NCBI GenBank assembly: GCA_965223855.1
Contig: CBDCXM010000008.1
Span: 1-64,000, forward strand
Length of the DNA: 64,000 nucleotides
Direction of reading: 5' to 3'
Origin: Candidatus Multivoradales bacterium
GTDB lineage: Bacteria; Acidobacteriota; Thermoanaerobaculia; Multivoradales; JAHEKO01
Shown here: positions 1 through 10,012 of the stretch, piece by piece
Layout: every line of letters begins with the position of its first letter
How positions within the stretch are numbered: position 1 is the stretch's first letter
The notes under the pieces: generated by a model
Told to the model about the DNA's origin: nothing
The model's database searches: none
The model's input: the letters and a program-made list of their open reading frames with translations, nothing else
Translations under genes and position numbers: made by a program

Positions 1-1
1 G

Positions 2-397
2 GTGCTCTTCTACGACCGCCCGCTCGGTTGGGCGCTCCTGACCATTCCCCTCGGCATGGCGCTGACGGCGATGTTCGCCCTCGGCATCGGTCTCGTCGTC
101 GCGACCGCCGGAGCGTTCTTCGTCGACATCCGGCTGACCTATCAGGTACTCCTGACCGGTTGGTTCTACGCCACACCGATCATCTACTCGCTCGAGATCG
201 TCGCTCCGGAGCGGCACCGACTGTTCGAGCTCAACCCGTTGCTGCACCTGTGCGAACTGGTGCGAAGCCCCATCTACGACGGCGTCGTCGCCGGTTTCGA
301 CCACTGGCGCGCGGCCCTCCTGGTGAGTGTGGCCGCGCTGGCCGTCGGCTGGGCCGTCTTCACCCGCTGGCGCAACGCCTTCGACTATCGAAGCTGA
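2..397 (+). CDS. wzm: ABC-2 polysaccharide export permease (Wzm), 5'-truncated by window edge
   Basis: Hydrophobic helices, 'WFYATPIIYS' and 'LNPLLHLCELVR' motifs of ABC-2 permeases; stop overlaps the ATPase start (TGATG). Confidence 0.9.
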   Translation: MLFYDRPLGWALLTIPLGMALTAMFALGIGLVVATAGAFFVDIRLTYQVLLTGWFYATPIIYSLEIVAPERHRLFELNPLLHLCELVRSPIYDGVVAGFDHWRAALLVSVAALAVGWAVFTRWRNAFDYRS

Positions 398-1171
398 TGA
401 GCGACCTTCCAGCCTCCCCGACCCCGGTGGTCGAGCTCACCGGAATCGGCGTGCGCTTCGTCGTGCCGACCGAACGCATCGTCAGCTTCAAGGAGTACAT
501 CCTTCGACGGCTGCGCAAGCAGATCTCACACCGCCAGTTCTGGGCGCTCCAGGGAGTCGATCTGACCATCGAGCCCGGTGAGACCGTAGGGCTGGTCGGC
601 CGCAACGGTGCCGGCAAGAGCACCCTGCTGAAGGTGATCTCGCGGGTCTTGAGACCGACTCAGGGGCGAGTGGTGGTGAGGGGCCGCACCGCACCGCTGC
701 TGGAGCTCGGAGCGGGCTTCCACTTCGATCTCACCGGTCGCGAGAACGTTTTCCTGAACGCCACTCTCTTCGGCTACCCCAAGAGCCTCATCGCCGAGCA
801 TCTGCCGGCGATCGTCGAGTTCTCTGAGCTCGCCGACTTCATCGACATGCCGGTGCGCAACTACTCGAACGGCATGCTGGCACGGCTCGGTTTCGCCGTC
901 GCGACGCAGTTTCCGGCCCGACACCCTGATCCTCGACGAGATTCTCGCCGTCGGCGACGCCGGCTTCCAGCAGAAGTGCCTCGATCGGGTGCAGAGCTTC
1001 CGCGACCGTGGCACCTCGATCCTGCTCGTGTCGCACGATCTCGAGACGGTCGCCGATTACTGCGATCGCGTCGCGTGGCTCGAGCACGGCAAGCTCATGG
1101 CGGTCGGCCCGACGGACGAGGTCCTCGAGCCGTTCCACGAGGCGGTCATGGCGCCGCACGACGCGATCTGA
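397..1171 (+). CDS. wzt: Polysaccharide ABC transporter ATP-binding subunit (Wzt), +1 frameshift near 910-912
   Basis: Walker A GRNGAGKST and 'YSNGMLARLGFA' in one frame; Walker B 'LILDEILAVGDAGFQQKC' and 'LLVSHD' in the next frame; removing one T from CAGTTTCCGG restores a continuous protein. Confidence 0.9.
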
Positions 1172-1184
1172 GGCGAGTGCGGCC

Positions 1185-2207
1185 GTGAGCGGAGGACGAG
1201 CGGTCGCCACACCCTCGGTGGCGATCTGCGTCGTGACTCACGACAGCGAACCGGACCTCGCGGACTTTTTCGCCTCGATCGATGAGCTCGACCCCGCGCC
1301 GGCCGAGGTCGTGGTGGTCGACTGTGCCAGCGGCGACGGCAGCGCCCGGTGGCTCGAGCGTCGCGCGACCGGGGACGTCCGCCTCCGGTTGGAGCTGTCA
1401 GAGCGCAACCTCGGCTATGCGGGAGGGATGAATCGTGCGCTCGAGATCGCACGCTCCCCCTGGATCCTCGCGCTCAACGCCGACACCCGCCCTTCGGTCG
1501 ACCTGCTGGAGCGGCTGCTGGAAGCGGTCGCCGCGCCCGGCGACGAGGCCGGCCCGGTCGGCGCCGTCACGCCGAGGCTGGTGCGCTTCGGAAGCGAGGG
1601 CAGCGCACCCCTTCTCGATGCCTGCGGCATGTTCCTCACCTGGCCGTGGCGCCACCACGACCGCGGCTCGGGAGCGATCGACCGTGGGCAACATCGGCAG
1701 CGGGAGCAGGTCTTCGGCGGTACCGGCGCCGCCCTGTTCCTGCGCCGCTCGGCGCTCGAGGACGTCGCGATCGACGGCGAAGCGTTCGCCGGGGAGTTCC
1801 ACTCCTTCCGCGAGGACGCGGAACTCGCGTTCCGGCTCGGTGAGCGCGGCTGGCGGGTCGTTTACGCACCCGCCGCGACGGCGCGCCACCGCCGCTTGAA
1901 CCTCCCGGCGCGTCGCTCGCAGATGCCGACGGCCGTCAACTACCACTCGCTCAAGAACCGCTACCTGCTGCGCTGCTATCACCAGAGCGCGCTCAATTTC
2001 GTGCTGACCCTCGTGCCGACGGCGCTGCGCGATCTCGGCGCCCTCGCCTATGTGCTCGCCTTCGAGCGCAGCTCGCTCGCCGCCTACGGCTGGCTGTGGC
2101 GCCATCGCAAGGCGATCGCCCGCAAGCGACGCCGCATCCAGGCCCGCCGCACCGCCGCCCGCGCCGCGGTCGAGCAGTGGTTCTGGCGCAGGAGCCGCCC
2201 GGCATGA
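1185..2207 (+). CDS. Glycosyltransferase family 2
   Basis: 'VVVVDCASGDGS', 'NLGYAGGMN', 'LNADT', 'EDAEL' motifs; GTG start inferred. Confidence 0.88.
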   Translation: MSGGRAVATPSVAICVVTHDSEPDLADFFASIDELDPAPAEVVVVDCASGDGSARWLERRATGDVRLRLELSERNLGYAGGMNRALEIARSPWILALNADTRPSVDLLERLLEAVAAPGDEAGPVGAVTPRLVRFGSEGSAPLLDACGMFLTWPWRHHDRGSGAIDRGQHRQREQVFGGTGAALFLRRSALEDVAIDGEAFAGEFHSFREDAELAFRLGERGWRVVYAPAATARHRRLNLPARRSQMPTAVNYHSLKNRYLLRCYHQSALNFVLTLVPTALRDLGALAYVLAFERSSLAAYGWLWRHRKAIARKRRRIQARRTAARAAVEQWFWRRSRPA

Positions 2208-3331
2208 AGTCAGACCGTCGGCCCCACGTCGCCCTGATGGGGAGCCGCGGCGTCCCGGCCAACTACGGCGGCTACGAGACGCTCGTCGAAGAACTGGGAG
2301 TCCGGCTCGTCGAGCGCGGCTGGAGGGTAACCGTCTACTGCCGCTCGCACTTCGACGAGCACGGCGGCAAGCGCTATCGCGGGATGGAGCGGGCGGTCCT
2401 GCCGACGCTCAGAACCAAGTACCTCGACACGCCCGTGCATACGCTGCTCTCGGTGCTGCACGGTTCCTTCTCGCGCTTCGACGCCGTGCTGATGGTCAAC
2501 TCCGCGAACGTGCTGTTCGTCCCCTGGCTGCGCCTCTTCGGCACCCCCGTCGCCCTCAACGTCGACGGCATCGAGAAACGGCGCGCCAAGTGGGGCTGGC
2601 CCGGGCGCCTCGTCTACGCTCTCTCGGAGCGCCTCGCGACGATCGCTCCGACGCGCCTCGTCACCGATGCCGATGTGATCGCCGACCACTACCGCAGCCG
2701 CTACGGTGCGGCATCGACGACCATCGCCTACGGCGTAGATCCACGACCGCTGCCGCCCGGCGGGACGCTCGAGAGTCTCGGCCTCGAGGCGCGCAAGTAC
2801 GTCCTCTACGTCAGCCGTTTCGAGCCCGAAAACAATCCTCATCGGGTCGTCGAGGCCTATGCCTCGGTGCCGGGCGAGCTGCCCCTGGTCATGGTCGGCG
2901 GAGCGCCCTACGCCAACCGCTTCGTCGAGAGCTTCACCGAAGGCGCCGACTCACGGGTGCATTTCCCGGGCGCCATCTACGGCGAGGGGTATCGGGAGCT
3001 GCTGTCGAACTGCGCGGTCTACATCCAGGCAACGGAGGTAGGGGGGACGCATCCCGCCCTGGTGGAGGCTCTCGGGTACGGCTGCTGCGTGCTGGCGAAC
3101 GGCACGCCGGAGAACCGCGAGGTCGCGGGTGACGCGGCCCGCTACTTCGACGCCGGAGAACCGGCGAGCCTCGCGCAGCTGCTGACGGCGGTCCTGAGCG
3201 AACCACAGACCCGGGAGGCGCTGCGGTCGGCCGGTGCCGAACGAGCCCGTGCCCGGTACTCCTGGGACGCCGTCACCGACGCCTACGAGCGACTCTTCGG
3301 CGAACTGTCGGGGATCGAAGTCGACACCTGA
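2204..3331 (+). CDS. Glycosyltransferase family 4 (DUF1972-type N-terminus)
   Basis: 'GSRGVPANYGGYET', 'SRFEPENN', 'GGTHPALVEA'; ATGA overlap with upstream gene. Confidence 0.9.
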   Translation: MKSDRRPHVALMGSRGVPANYGGYETLVEELGVRLVERGWRVTVYCRSHFDEHGGKRYRGMERAVLPTLRTKYLDTPVHTLLSVLHGSFSRFDAVLMVNSANVLFVPWLRLFGTPVALNVDGIEKRRAKWGWPGRLVYALSERLATIAPTRLVTDADVIADHYRSRYGAASTTIAYGVDPRPLPPGGTLESLGLEARKYVLYVSRFEPENNPHRVVEAYASVPGELPLVMVGGAPYANRFVESFTEGADSRVHFPGAIYGEGYRELLSNCAVYIQATEVGGTHPALVEALGYGCCVLANGTPENREVAGDAARYFDAGEPASLAQLLTAVLSEPQTREALRSAGAERARARYSWDAVTDAYERLFGELSGIEVDT

Positions 3332-3415
3332 GCCCGACTCTCCTCTGGTAGTCTGAGCGGCACCGAGAAGAGGTCGCCCGGGCTTCGCCGGCCGCGTCTG
3401 CTGGGGGTTACGTTC

Positions 3416-4861
3416 GTGCTGAAAGAGAGAGCCAGAGCCGTCGCACTGGCATTGCTCTGCGTCGACCTGCTGGCCGTCACCGTCGCGTTCCTCGCCGCCT
3501 ACTGGATCCGCGACGTCGGCGTCCCGGCGATCGGCATCCGCCCGCTGCCGCTCTATCCGCTGGCGCAGTATCTGCCGCTGCTGCCGCTGCTGCTCGGCAT
3601 CTGGGCCTTCCTGCTGTCGCGACTCGGCACCTACCGCTCCCATCGCACGATCACGCTGCTCGACGAGGCGTGGTCGATCCTGCGCGTGGCGGCGATGAGT
3701 TCGCTGGTGCTGGTGCTGTGTATCTACCTCTTCCGGCTCGACGAGCGGCTGCTCGGCGGCGACGAGATCAGTCGCCTGTGGGTGCTGCTCGTCGGAGTCT
3801 GCTCGGCGGCCTCGGTGCTCGTCGGCCGCACCACGGTGCGGGTGCTGTCGCGGTCGATTCGCGCCAGCGGCTACAACTACCGCACCATCGTGATCGTCGG
3901 CACCGGAGAGAGCGCGCAGACGCTCGCCCGCTCGCTCGAGCTGCACGGCTACTGGGGCTATCGCCTGCTCGGCTTCGTCACCTTCGGCGAGCGCCCGTCG
4001 GACCCGAGCCTCGGGTCCGAGGTGCTCGGCAGCACCGAGGAACTACTCGACCTGGTCGAGCAGCAGGTGATCGACGAGGTGGTCTTCACCGTCGGGCGGA
4101 CCGAGCTCAACCAGCTCGAGGACCTGGTGCTGCGTCTCGAGGAGCAGGGGATCGTCGTGCGGCTGGCGCTCGATCTGTTTCCCCACGCGCGCGCCAGGGT
4201 CTCGGTGGGCGACCTCGACGGTGTCCCGATGCTCACCTTCTCCACCGTGCCCTCCGGGGTCGTCAGGCTGGCCGCCAAGCGGATGCTCGACCTCGCCCTG
4301 GCGTTCTCGCTCCTGGTCGCCGCCCTGCCGGCGATGATCGCGATCTGCGTCGCGATCAAGGTGACGTCGCCCGGCAGCGTGCTCTTCCGCCAGGTGCGCT
4401 GCGGACTCAACGGCAGGCGCTTCACGATCTACAAGTTCCGCACCATGTTCGAAGGTGCCGAGCAGCGGCGGCGCGAGCTCGAGCACCTCAACGAGATGGA
4501 CGGCCCGGTCTTCAAGGTCCGTCGCGACCCGAGGGTGACTCGCGTCGGCAGGTTGTTGCGGCGCTACAGCCTCGACGAGCTGCCCCAGTTGTGGAACGTG
4601 GTTCTGGGCGACATGAGCCTCGTCGGACCCAGACCCGCCATTCCGGAAGAGGTGGCGCAGTACGAGAGCTGGCAGCGGCGCCGGCTGTCGATGAGGCCGG
4701 GGATCACCTGCCTGTGGCAGGTCAGCGGCCGCAACGAGATCGACTTCGAGCGCTGGATCGAGCTCGACCTCGAGTACATCGACTCCTGGTCGCCGCTGCT
4801 CGATCTCAAGATCCTCGCGCGCACCGTTCCGGTCGTGCTGAGCGGACGCGGCGCCTCCTGA
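3416..4861 (+). CDS. Priming sugar transferase (polyprenyl glycosylphosphotransferase, WcaJ/WbaP family)
   Basis: N-terminal TM helices, 'KFRTM', 'SLDELPQLWNVVLGDMSLVGPRP', 'RPGITCLWQVSGRN'. Confidence 0.93.
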   Translation: MLKERARAVALALLCVDLLAVTVAFLAAYWIRDVGVPAIGIRPLPLYPLAQYLPLLPLLLGIWAFLLSRLGTYRSHRTITLLDEAWSILRVAAMSSLVLVLCIYLFRLDERLLGGDEISRLWVLLVGVCSAASVLVGRTTVRVLSRSIRASGYNYRTIVIVGTGESAQTLARSLELHGYWGYRLLGFVTFGERPSDPSLGSEVLGSTEELLDLVEQQVIDEVVFTVGRTELNQLEDLVLRLEEQGIVVRLALDLFPHARARVSVGDLDGVPMLTFSTVPSGVVRLAAKRMLDLALAFSLLVAALPAMIAICVAIKVTSPGSVLFRQVRCGLNGRRFTIYKFRTMFEGAEQRRRELEHLNEMDGPVFKVRRDPRVTRVGRLLRRYSLDELPQLWNVVLGDMSLVGPRPAIPEEVAQYESWQRRRLSMRPGITCLWQVSGRNEIDFERWIELDLEYIDSWSPLLDLKILARTVPVVLSGRGAS

Positions 4862-4871
4862 GGAGTCGGCG

Positions 4872-5789
4872 CTGAGCCGCGGCAACCACGCCGACCTGAC
4901 GGTCATCCTGCTCAACTGGGGACGGGCCGATCCGACGTTGGGAGCCCTCGCCAGACTCGAGGAGTGGGCCGAACCGCCGGACGTGCTCGTGGTCGACAAC
5001 GGATCACCCGATGTCGAGGTCGCCCGACTCCGGAAGGGATCCGGAAGAGCCGGGCTGCTGGCGCTGCCGGCCAACGTCGGCTACGGAGCGGCCCACAACC
5101 TGGCGCTCGAGCGTGTCTCCACACCCTGGACGCTGCTCCTGAACGCGGACGCCGCGCTGGGCGAAGACGATGCGCGGCGGCTCCTCGACGCGCAGGCGGA
5201 CGAGCCCGGGATCGTCGGACCGCTCTTGACCCACGTGGAGCGGGGTCGCCGGTGGACCACCGCAGGGGGACGCGACGTCGCCCGGCACATGCGCACCCAT
5301 GCGCTCGCCGGCGAGCGGCAGCGGGAGATCGACACCGGGCTCCCGTTCGCCGTGCCCTACGTGCCGGGGACCGTCGCCCTCGCCCCGACGGAGCTTCTGC
5401 ACCGGCTTCAGGGATTCGAGGAATCGTACTTCTTCTCGGCAGAGGTGGCCGACCTGTGCTCACGAGCCGACGAAGCCGGCGTGCGCTCGAGGATCGAGCC
5501 GCAGGCCGAGGCGGTCCACGAACTCGATGTCGCAGGCAATCTGCGGGACGGCCTCTACCGCTACTACTCGCTGCGAAACCGCTTTCTCTACGTCCTGAGA
5601 CGCCTGCCGGCGAGCGAACACGGCCGCCTGCGGGCGAGATGGACCGCGCGGGGGCTCGCGCGGGTCTGCCACGGGGCGCTGACCGGACGCCTCTCTCGTG
5701 CCCGCCACCTCGCTCTTGCCGTGCGTCACGGGCGCCGAGGTCGTTTCGGTGCCGCGCCCGCGAGCCTGACCGCGGGGATGACGCCGTGA
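4872..5789 (+). CDS. Glycosyltransferase family 2 (possible CTG start)
   Basis: 'LTVILLNWG' first strand lies upstream of the listed TTG start; 'VVDNGS', 'NVGYGAAHN', 'LLNADA'; AGGAG at 4861-4865. Confidence 0.82.
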   Translation: MSRGNHADLTVILLNWGRADPTLGALARLEEWAEPPDVLVVDNGSPDVEVARLRKGSGRAGLLALPANVGYGAAHNLALERVSTPWTLLLNADAALGEDDARRLLDAQADEPGIVGPLLTHVERGRRWTTAGGRDVARHMRTHALAGERQREIDTGLPFAVPYVPGTVALAPTELLHRLQGFEESYFFSAEVADLCSRADEAGVRSRIEPQAEAVHELDVAGNLRDGLYRYYSLRNRFLYVLRRLPASEHGRLRARWTARGLARVCHGALTGRLSRARHLALAVRHGRRGRFGAAPASLTAGMTP

Positions 5790-6769
5790 CCGGCACCGTC
5801 GACCTCGTCATCCCGACGTGGAACTGCGAGCGGTGGATCGACGGTTGCCTCGAGGCGGTCTTCTCGCAGACGCTCGCACCGCGCCGGGTACTGGTGATCG
5901 ACGACGGCTCCGAGGACGAGACGGTCGCCCTCCTCGACAGGTGGCGACCGCGGATCGAGAGGACCGCGTTCGACCGCCGTGGCGGCTTCGCCCGCACGGT
6001 CTCCGCCGGTATCGGGCTCTCGACGGCGCCGATGGTGGCGCTGCTCAATGCCGACACCGAGCCGGAACCTTCCTGGCTCGAAGAGCTGGTGAACGCCCTC
6101 GAGGGCGCTGGAAGCGGCTTCGGCTCGGCCGCTTCCCTGATGCTCGCCTGGGACGAAGACGAGCGGGTCGACGACGCCGGAGACGTGTTCAGCGTCTACG
6201 GCTCCGCTTCCAAGAGAGGACACGACGAACCGGTCGGCGACTGGTCCGATCCCGGCACCGTGCTCTCTCCTTCCGCGGGGGCGGCGCTCTACCGCCGCGA
6301 ACTCCTCGAGCGCACGGGTGGCTTCGATCCCGGCTACGACAGCTACCTCGAGGACGTCGATCTCGGTCTGCGAGCGCAGTTGCTCGGTTTCGACTGCCTC
6401 TACGTGCCGGCGGCTCGAGTGCGCCACTACGGCGGCGGATCGCAGTTCCCACGCGCGAGCTACGTTCGCCGAGTGACCGCCAACCGGATCGCCACGGTGC
6501 TCAAGTCGTTTCCCGGCTCGGTGTTGCTCCGGGCGCTGCCGCGCCTCGTCTGGGGACAGGTCTACTACGCGCTCGCCTACCGGCACCCGGTCCAGTCCCT
6601 GCTCGGGTTCGCCGACGCGGCGGCACGACTCCCCGGGATTCTCCGACAGCGGCGAGATCTGCAACGCCGACGGCGGCGCACTCCGGCAGAGTTCGGGGCT
6701 CTCCTCGAAACGCGTTTCGGCGAACCACCGCTCCGGCGTCTCGTGGGCGACCGCCTGAGAAAGCGATGA
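5786..6769 (+). CDS. Glycosyltransferase family 2
   Basis: 'LVIPTWN', 'IDDGSED', 'LLNADT', 'YLEDVDLGLR'; GTGA overlap. Confidence 0.9.
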   Translation: MTGTVDLVIPTWNCERWIDGCLEAVFSQTLAPRRVLVIDDGSEDETVALLDRWRPRIERTAFDRRGGFARTVSAGIGLSTAPMVALLNADTEPEPSWLEELVNALEGAGSGFGSAASLMLAWDEDERVDDAGDVFSVYGSASKRGHDEPVGDWSDPGTVLSPSAGAALYRRELLERTGGFDPGYDSYLEDVDLGLRAQLLGFDCLYVPAARVRHYGGGSQFPRASYVRRVTANRIATVLKSFPGSVLLRALPRLVWGQVYYALAYRHPVQSLLGFADAAARLPGILRQRRDLQRRRRRTPAEFGALLETRFGEPPLRRLVGDRLRKR

Positions 6770-7794
6770 AGGCGGCCTTCCACCTGTCGATCGCTCCGCC
6801 GGCCGACCCCTCGCTCGACGCGGCTGTCCAGGAGGCGACCCTGCTCCAGAGCCGACTCGGGGGGACGCTCGACTACCTCGGTGGCCGCGGCCCAGTCGGG
6901 CGCTGGAGGGCTCTGCACGCCCCGCGACGGGCGATCCGGGAGCGGTTCCGGCGACGCGACGGTGAGGCCGACCTCCACTACGTCGTCACCGACCGCCTTC
7001 GTCTCCCGACCTACGTGAGGCAAGCCGACCGCCCCGTCGTCGTGCGCCTCCTGACGCCTCCGCGCAGGGAAGATCTCGCCGGCGTCCACTCCCGACCGCC
7101 GGCGACGCTGGTGGTGTCCGACCCCGCAGCCGGTGAGAGTCTGCGCGCCCTCGGGTTGCCGGTTCGCGAGGTCCGACCGCCTCTGATCGAGGCCGAACGT
7201 TGGCAGGCGGTACCGCCGCCGCCCGGCGACGGCCCGTTGACACTGCTGATGGCCTCGGCACCGTGGACGAAGAGGCAGTTCCGCACGAAGGGGATCGATC
7301 TTCTGCTTCGCGCCGTCGAGCGCGACGACCACCTGAGGCTGGTGCTCCTGTGGCGAGGCGTCCACGAGCGGGCGATCCGCAGGAGGATCGCCGCCAGCCC
7401 GGCGCGGGCGCGCCTCGAGCTGGTCGTCGAGCGCATCGACGTCGCTCGGGTCATGGCTCGCTGCCACGCCGTCGTGCTTCTCGCGACTTCGCCGCGGGTC
7501 GTCAAGGCGTTCCCTCACTCGCTCGTCGAGGCGCTGGGAGCCGGCCGACCGGTCGTGACCACCGATCGGCTGGCGATCGGGCCGTGGGTGGCGCAACGAG
7601 GGTGCGGCCTGGCGCTCGAGGAGGGACTCGAAGGACTCGACGAGGCACTCGCCGCCGCCCTCGCGCGGCTGCGAACCCGCTACGAGGCATATCGGAAGGC
7701 GGCGCTCGAGATCGACCTCACCGCCTTCTCCGAAGAGCGATACGTCACGCTCCATCGCGAGCTCTTCTCGCAACTGGCCCGTCCCTCAACCTGA
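6766..7794 (+). CDS. Glycosyltransferase (GT4/GT-B)
   Basis: 'KGIDLLL', 'FPHSLVEALGAGRPVVTT'; ATGA overlap. Confidence 0.82.
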   Translation: MKAAFHLSIAPPADPSLDAAVQEATLLQSRLGGTLDYLGGRGPVGRWRALHAPRRAIRERFRRRDGEADLHYVVTDRLRLPTYVRQADRPVVVRLLTPPRREDLAGVHSRPPATLVVSDPAAGESLRALGLPVREVRPPLIEAERWQAVPPPPGDGPLTLLMASAPWTKRQFRTKGIDLLLRAVERDDHLRLVLLWRGVHERAIRRRIAASPARARLELVVERIDVARVMARCHAVVLLATSPRVVKAFPHSLVEALGAGRPVVTTDRLAIGPWVAQRGCGLALEEGLEGLDEALAAALARLRTRYEAYRKAALEIDLTAFSEERYVTLHRELFSQLARPST

Positions 7795-7841
7795 CGGAAC
7801 GCCGCTCGCCAGAGCGGCATCGCAGATCCCGGACGGTGCCC

Positions 7842-9884
7842 TCAGGCGACGCCGAGTGCACGCGCGAGTCCGGCTCGTGCAACCTCCTCCGAGAAGTAAC
7901 GCTCGACGTGACGCGATCCCTCGACCGAGAGTCGCTGCCACAGATCCGAGTTGGAGTAGACCCGGAAGACCGCTTCGGCGAAGTCCCCCGGTTCCGATGC
8001 GAGCGCCGCGTGGACCTCGGGAAGCAGCGAAAGCCCCTCGGCGGCGATAGGCGTCGCCACGCACGGCAGACCGTAGGCGAGGCTCTGATGGACCTTCCCC
8101 TTGAGCCCGGCGCCGAACCGCAGCGGGGCAATCGACAGGCGCGAGCGTTGAAAGTAGGACGCCACGTCGTGCACGAAACCGTGAAACCGCACCTGCGAAT
8201 CCTGGTAGCGGGTCAGCTCCGGAGGCGGGCTCTCGCCGATCACGTTGAGGACGAACCCGGGAAGCAGCCTTCTCACCGCCGGGAAGACCGACTCGAGGAA
8301 CCAGATCAGCCCATCGACGTTGGGTCGATGGCGGAAGCCGCCGATGAAGATCGCTCCCGACCTGCGCTCGAAGGGAAGCTCCGGACGCACCAGCGGATAC
8401 CAGGTAGGAAGCAGTTCGATCCGTGCGTCCGGTCGCTGCTGGAGCAGCACGTCCCGCTCGACGCGGGAGGTCACGAGCGTCGCGTCGGCGGCGTCGAGAA
8501 CCTCGAGTTCGTGTTTCCGGCTGCGGCGAGCTGCCCGAACGAGCGCTGTGTCTCCCGTGAGCTCACCTTCCCGCTGGTCGCGAATCGACTTGAGGTCCAC
8601 CGTGTCGAAGAGAATCCGCGCCTCCGGGCAGCGCGCCCGGACGATCGAGACCAGCCGATGGGCCACACCCACACGGCTGAGCACGACGACGTCGAACTGC
8701 TGTTCCTGTGCCTTCAGGTAGCGATCCAGATGAGCGACGAAGGGGTGCCGCAGCACCTCGACCCCGAGCGCCTCGAGCCCGGCCCTCGGCTCCTCGTGGT
8801 CTTCGAGATCGTAGGGGGCAACCGTAGACCGCCAGCCGAGCCGCCGCAGGTCCTCGAGGATCCTCACCAGGCGCTGCGAGCCGGCGTCCCGTTCCGGAGT
8901 CGGCATCCGATGGTCGACGACCAGGGCGCGCTTCGGCATGCCCCGGTCCTTGGCTACGTCCTTGCCGCGCTCGCGCGAAGGTTGCTGTCCCAAGGCACGA
9001 TCCCACCGCTCACGGAACTTGTCGCGGTTCACTTCCTGGGACCGCTTCATGCCGTGAGCGGGATCCGTGCCGGCGGTGCCGCCTTCCTCGTGGTAGACCG
9101 TCGCCGCCGGCTCGTACCAGGTTCTCGCTCCGCGGACACGCGCAGCAAAGGACAGATCGACATCCTCGTAGTAGCCAGGGGCGTACAAGCGATCGAAAGC
9201 GTCGCATTCCTCGAACAGCGAACGGCGGACCAGAAGGCACGCGCCCGAGCAGTAGTCGACCTCGCGGGCGTAGCCGATTCGCGGGTCTTCGGGGTGGAAG
9301 CCGCGCCCGTAGTTGCTGGCCGAGCCGTCGGCCCACACGATTCCGCCCGCCTCCTGCACCGTGCCGTCCGGGAACACCAGCCGCGCACCGACGATCCCGA
9401 TGTTCGTAGAGCTCTCGATTCGCCTCCAGAGAGCATCGAGCCAGCCGTCCGTGACCACCGTGTCGTTGTTGAGGAACAGGAGGAAGTCGCCCGAGGCGGC
9501 GCGCGCACCCCGGTTGGCGGCGGCCACGAAGCCGCTACGCTCCTGATTGCGGACCAGATTCAGCCCCGGGACCCTCCCGAGGTCCGCCTCCAGCGGCGGC
9601 GAAGAGCCATCGTCGACGACGATCACCTCGAACGGCACTGCGGTGGCCGCCGTTCCGAGCGAGGAGAGGCACCTCAAGGTCAGGTCGACCTTGCCGTGAG
9701 CGGGCACGATGACCGACACGGTCGGCGACCCGGTCACGTCGAACGCCGAGGGCTTCTTCGAGATCGATTTCAGGTAGGCGTCGAGAGAGCGGTCGGGCAG
9801 CGACGCCGAGGTCTCCAGAGACACCCGCGACAGGCGCCCGAACGCCTTCTTCGAGGCCCGACGGATCCGCGACTTCCACTCCAT
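7842..9884 (-). CDS. Bifunctional GT2 + GT4 glycosyltransferase
   Basis: GT2 motifs 'VIVVDDGS', 'FLNNDT', 'YYEDVDL' then GT4 motifs 'DAGSQR', 'GGFRHRPN', 'APLRFGAGLKGK'; start uncertain (9884 or 10010). Confidence 0.88.
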   Translation of the reverse strand: MEWKSRIRRASKKAFGRLSRVSLETSASLPDRSLDAYLKSISKKPSAFDVTGSPTVSVIVPAHGKVDLTLRCLSSLGTAATAVPFEVIVVDDGSSPPLEADLGRVPGLNLVRNQERSGFVAAANRGARAASGDFLLFLNNDTVVTDGWLDALWRRIESSTNIGIVGARLVFPDGTVQEAGGIVWADGSASNYGRGFHPEDPRIGYAREVDYCSGACLLVRRSLFEECDAFDRLYAPGYYEDVDLSFAARVRGARTWYEPAATVYHEEGGTAGTDPAHGMKRSQEVNRDKFRERWDRALGQQPSRERGKDVAKDRGMPKRALVVDHRMPTPERDAGSQRLVRILEDLRRLGWRSTVAPYDLEDHEEPRAGLEALGVEVLRHPFVAHLDRYLKAQEQQFDVVVLSRVGVAHRLVSIVRARCPEARILFDTVDLKSIRDQREGELTGDTALVRAARRSRKHELEVLDAADATLVTSRVERDVLLQQRPDARIELLPTWYPLVRPELPFERRSGAIFIGGFRHRPNVDGLIWFLESVFPAVRRLLPGFVLNVIGESPPPELTRYQDSQVRFHGFVHDVASYFQRSRLSIAPLRFGAGLKGKVHQSLAYGLPCVATPIAAEGLSLLPEVHAALASEPGDFAEAVFRVYSNSDLWQRLSVEGSRHVERYFSEEVARAGLARALGVA

Positions 9885-10012
9885 GACGGAGGCGGACTCT
9901 AGCAGCAACGGAGCTTCCCACGGAGAGCCGCGAGTCGCCGTCGAAGGCCGCTCGCAACCGCCCGCTACTGGCCTGCGATCCTTTGATTTCGTACGATGCC
10001 GGGACTCCACCG

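Noticed and set aside
7200-9902. Long antisense or alternate-frame ORFs (7200-9902 +, 16448-18391 -, 58791-60851 + and similar)
   Set aside because: Shadow ORFs opposite genes with clear motifs; expected in high-GC DNA with few stop codons
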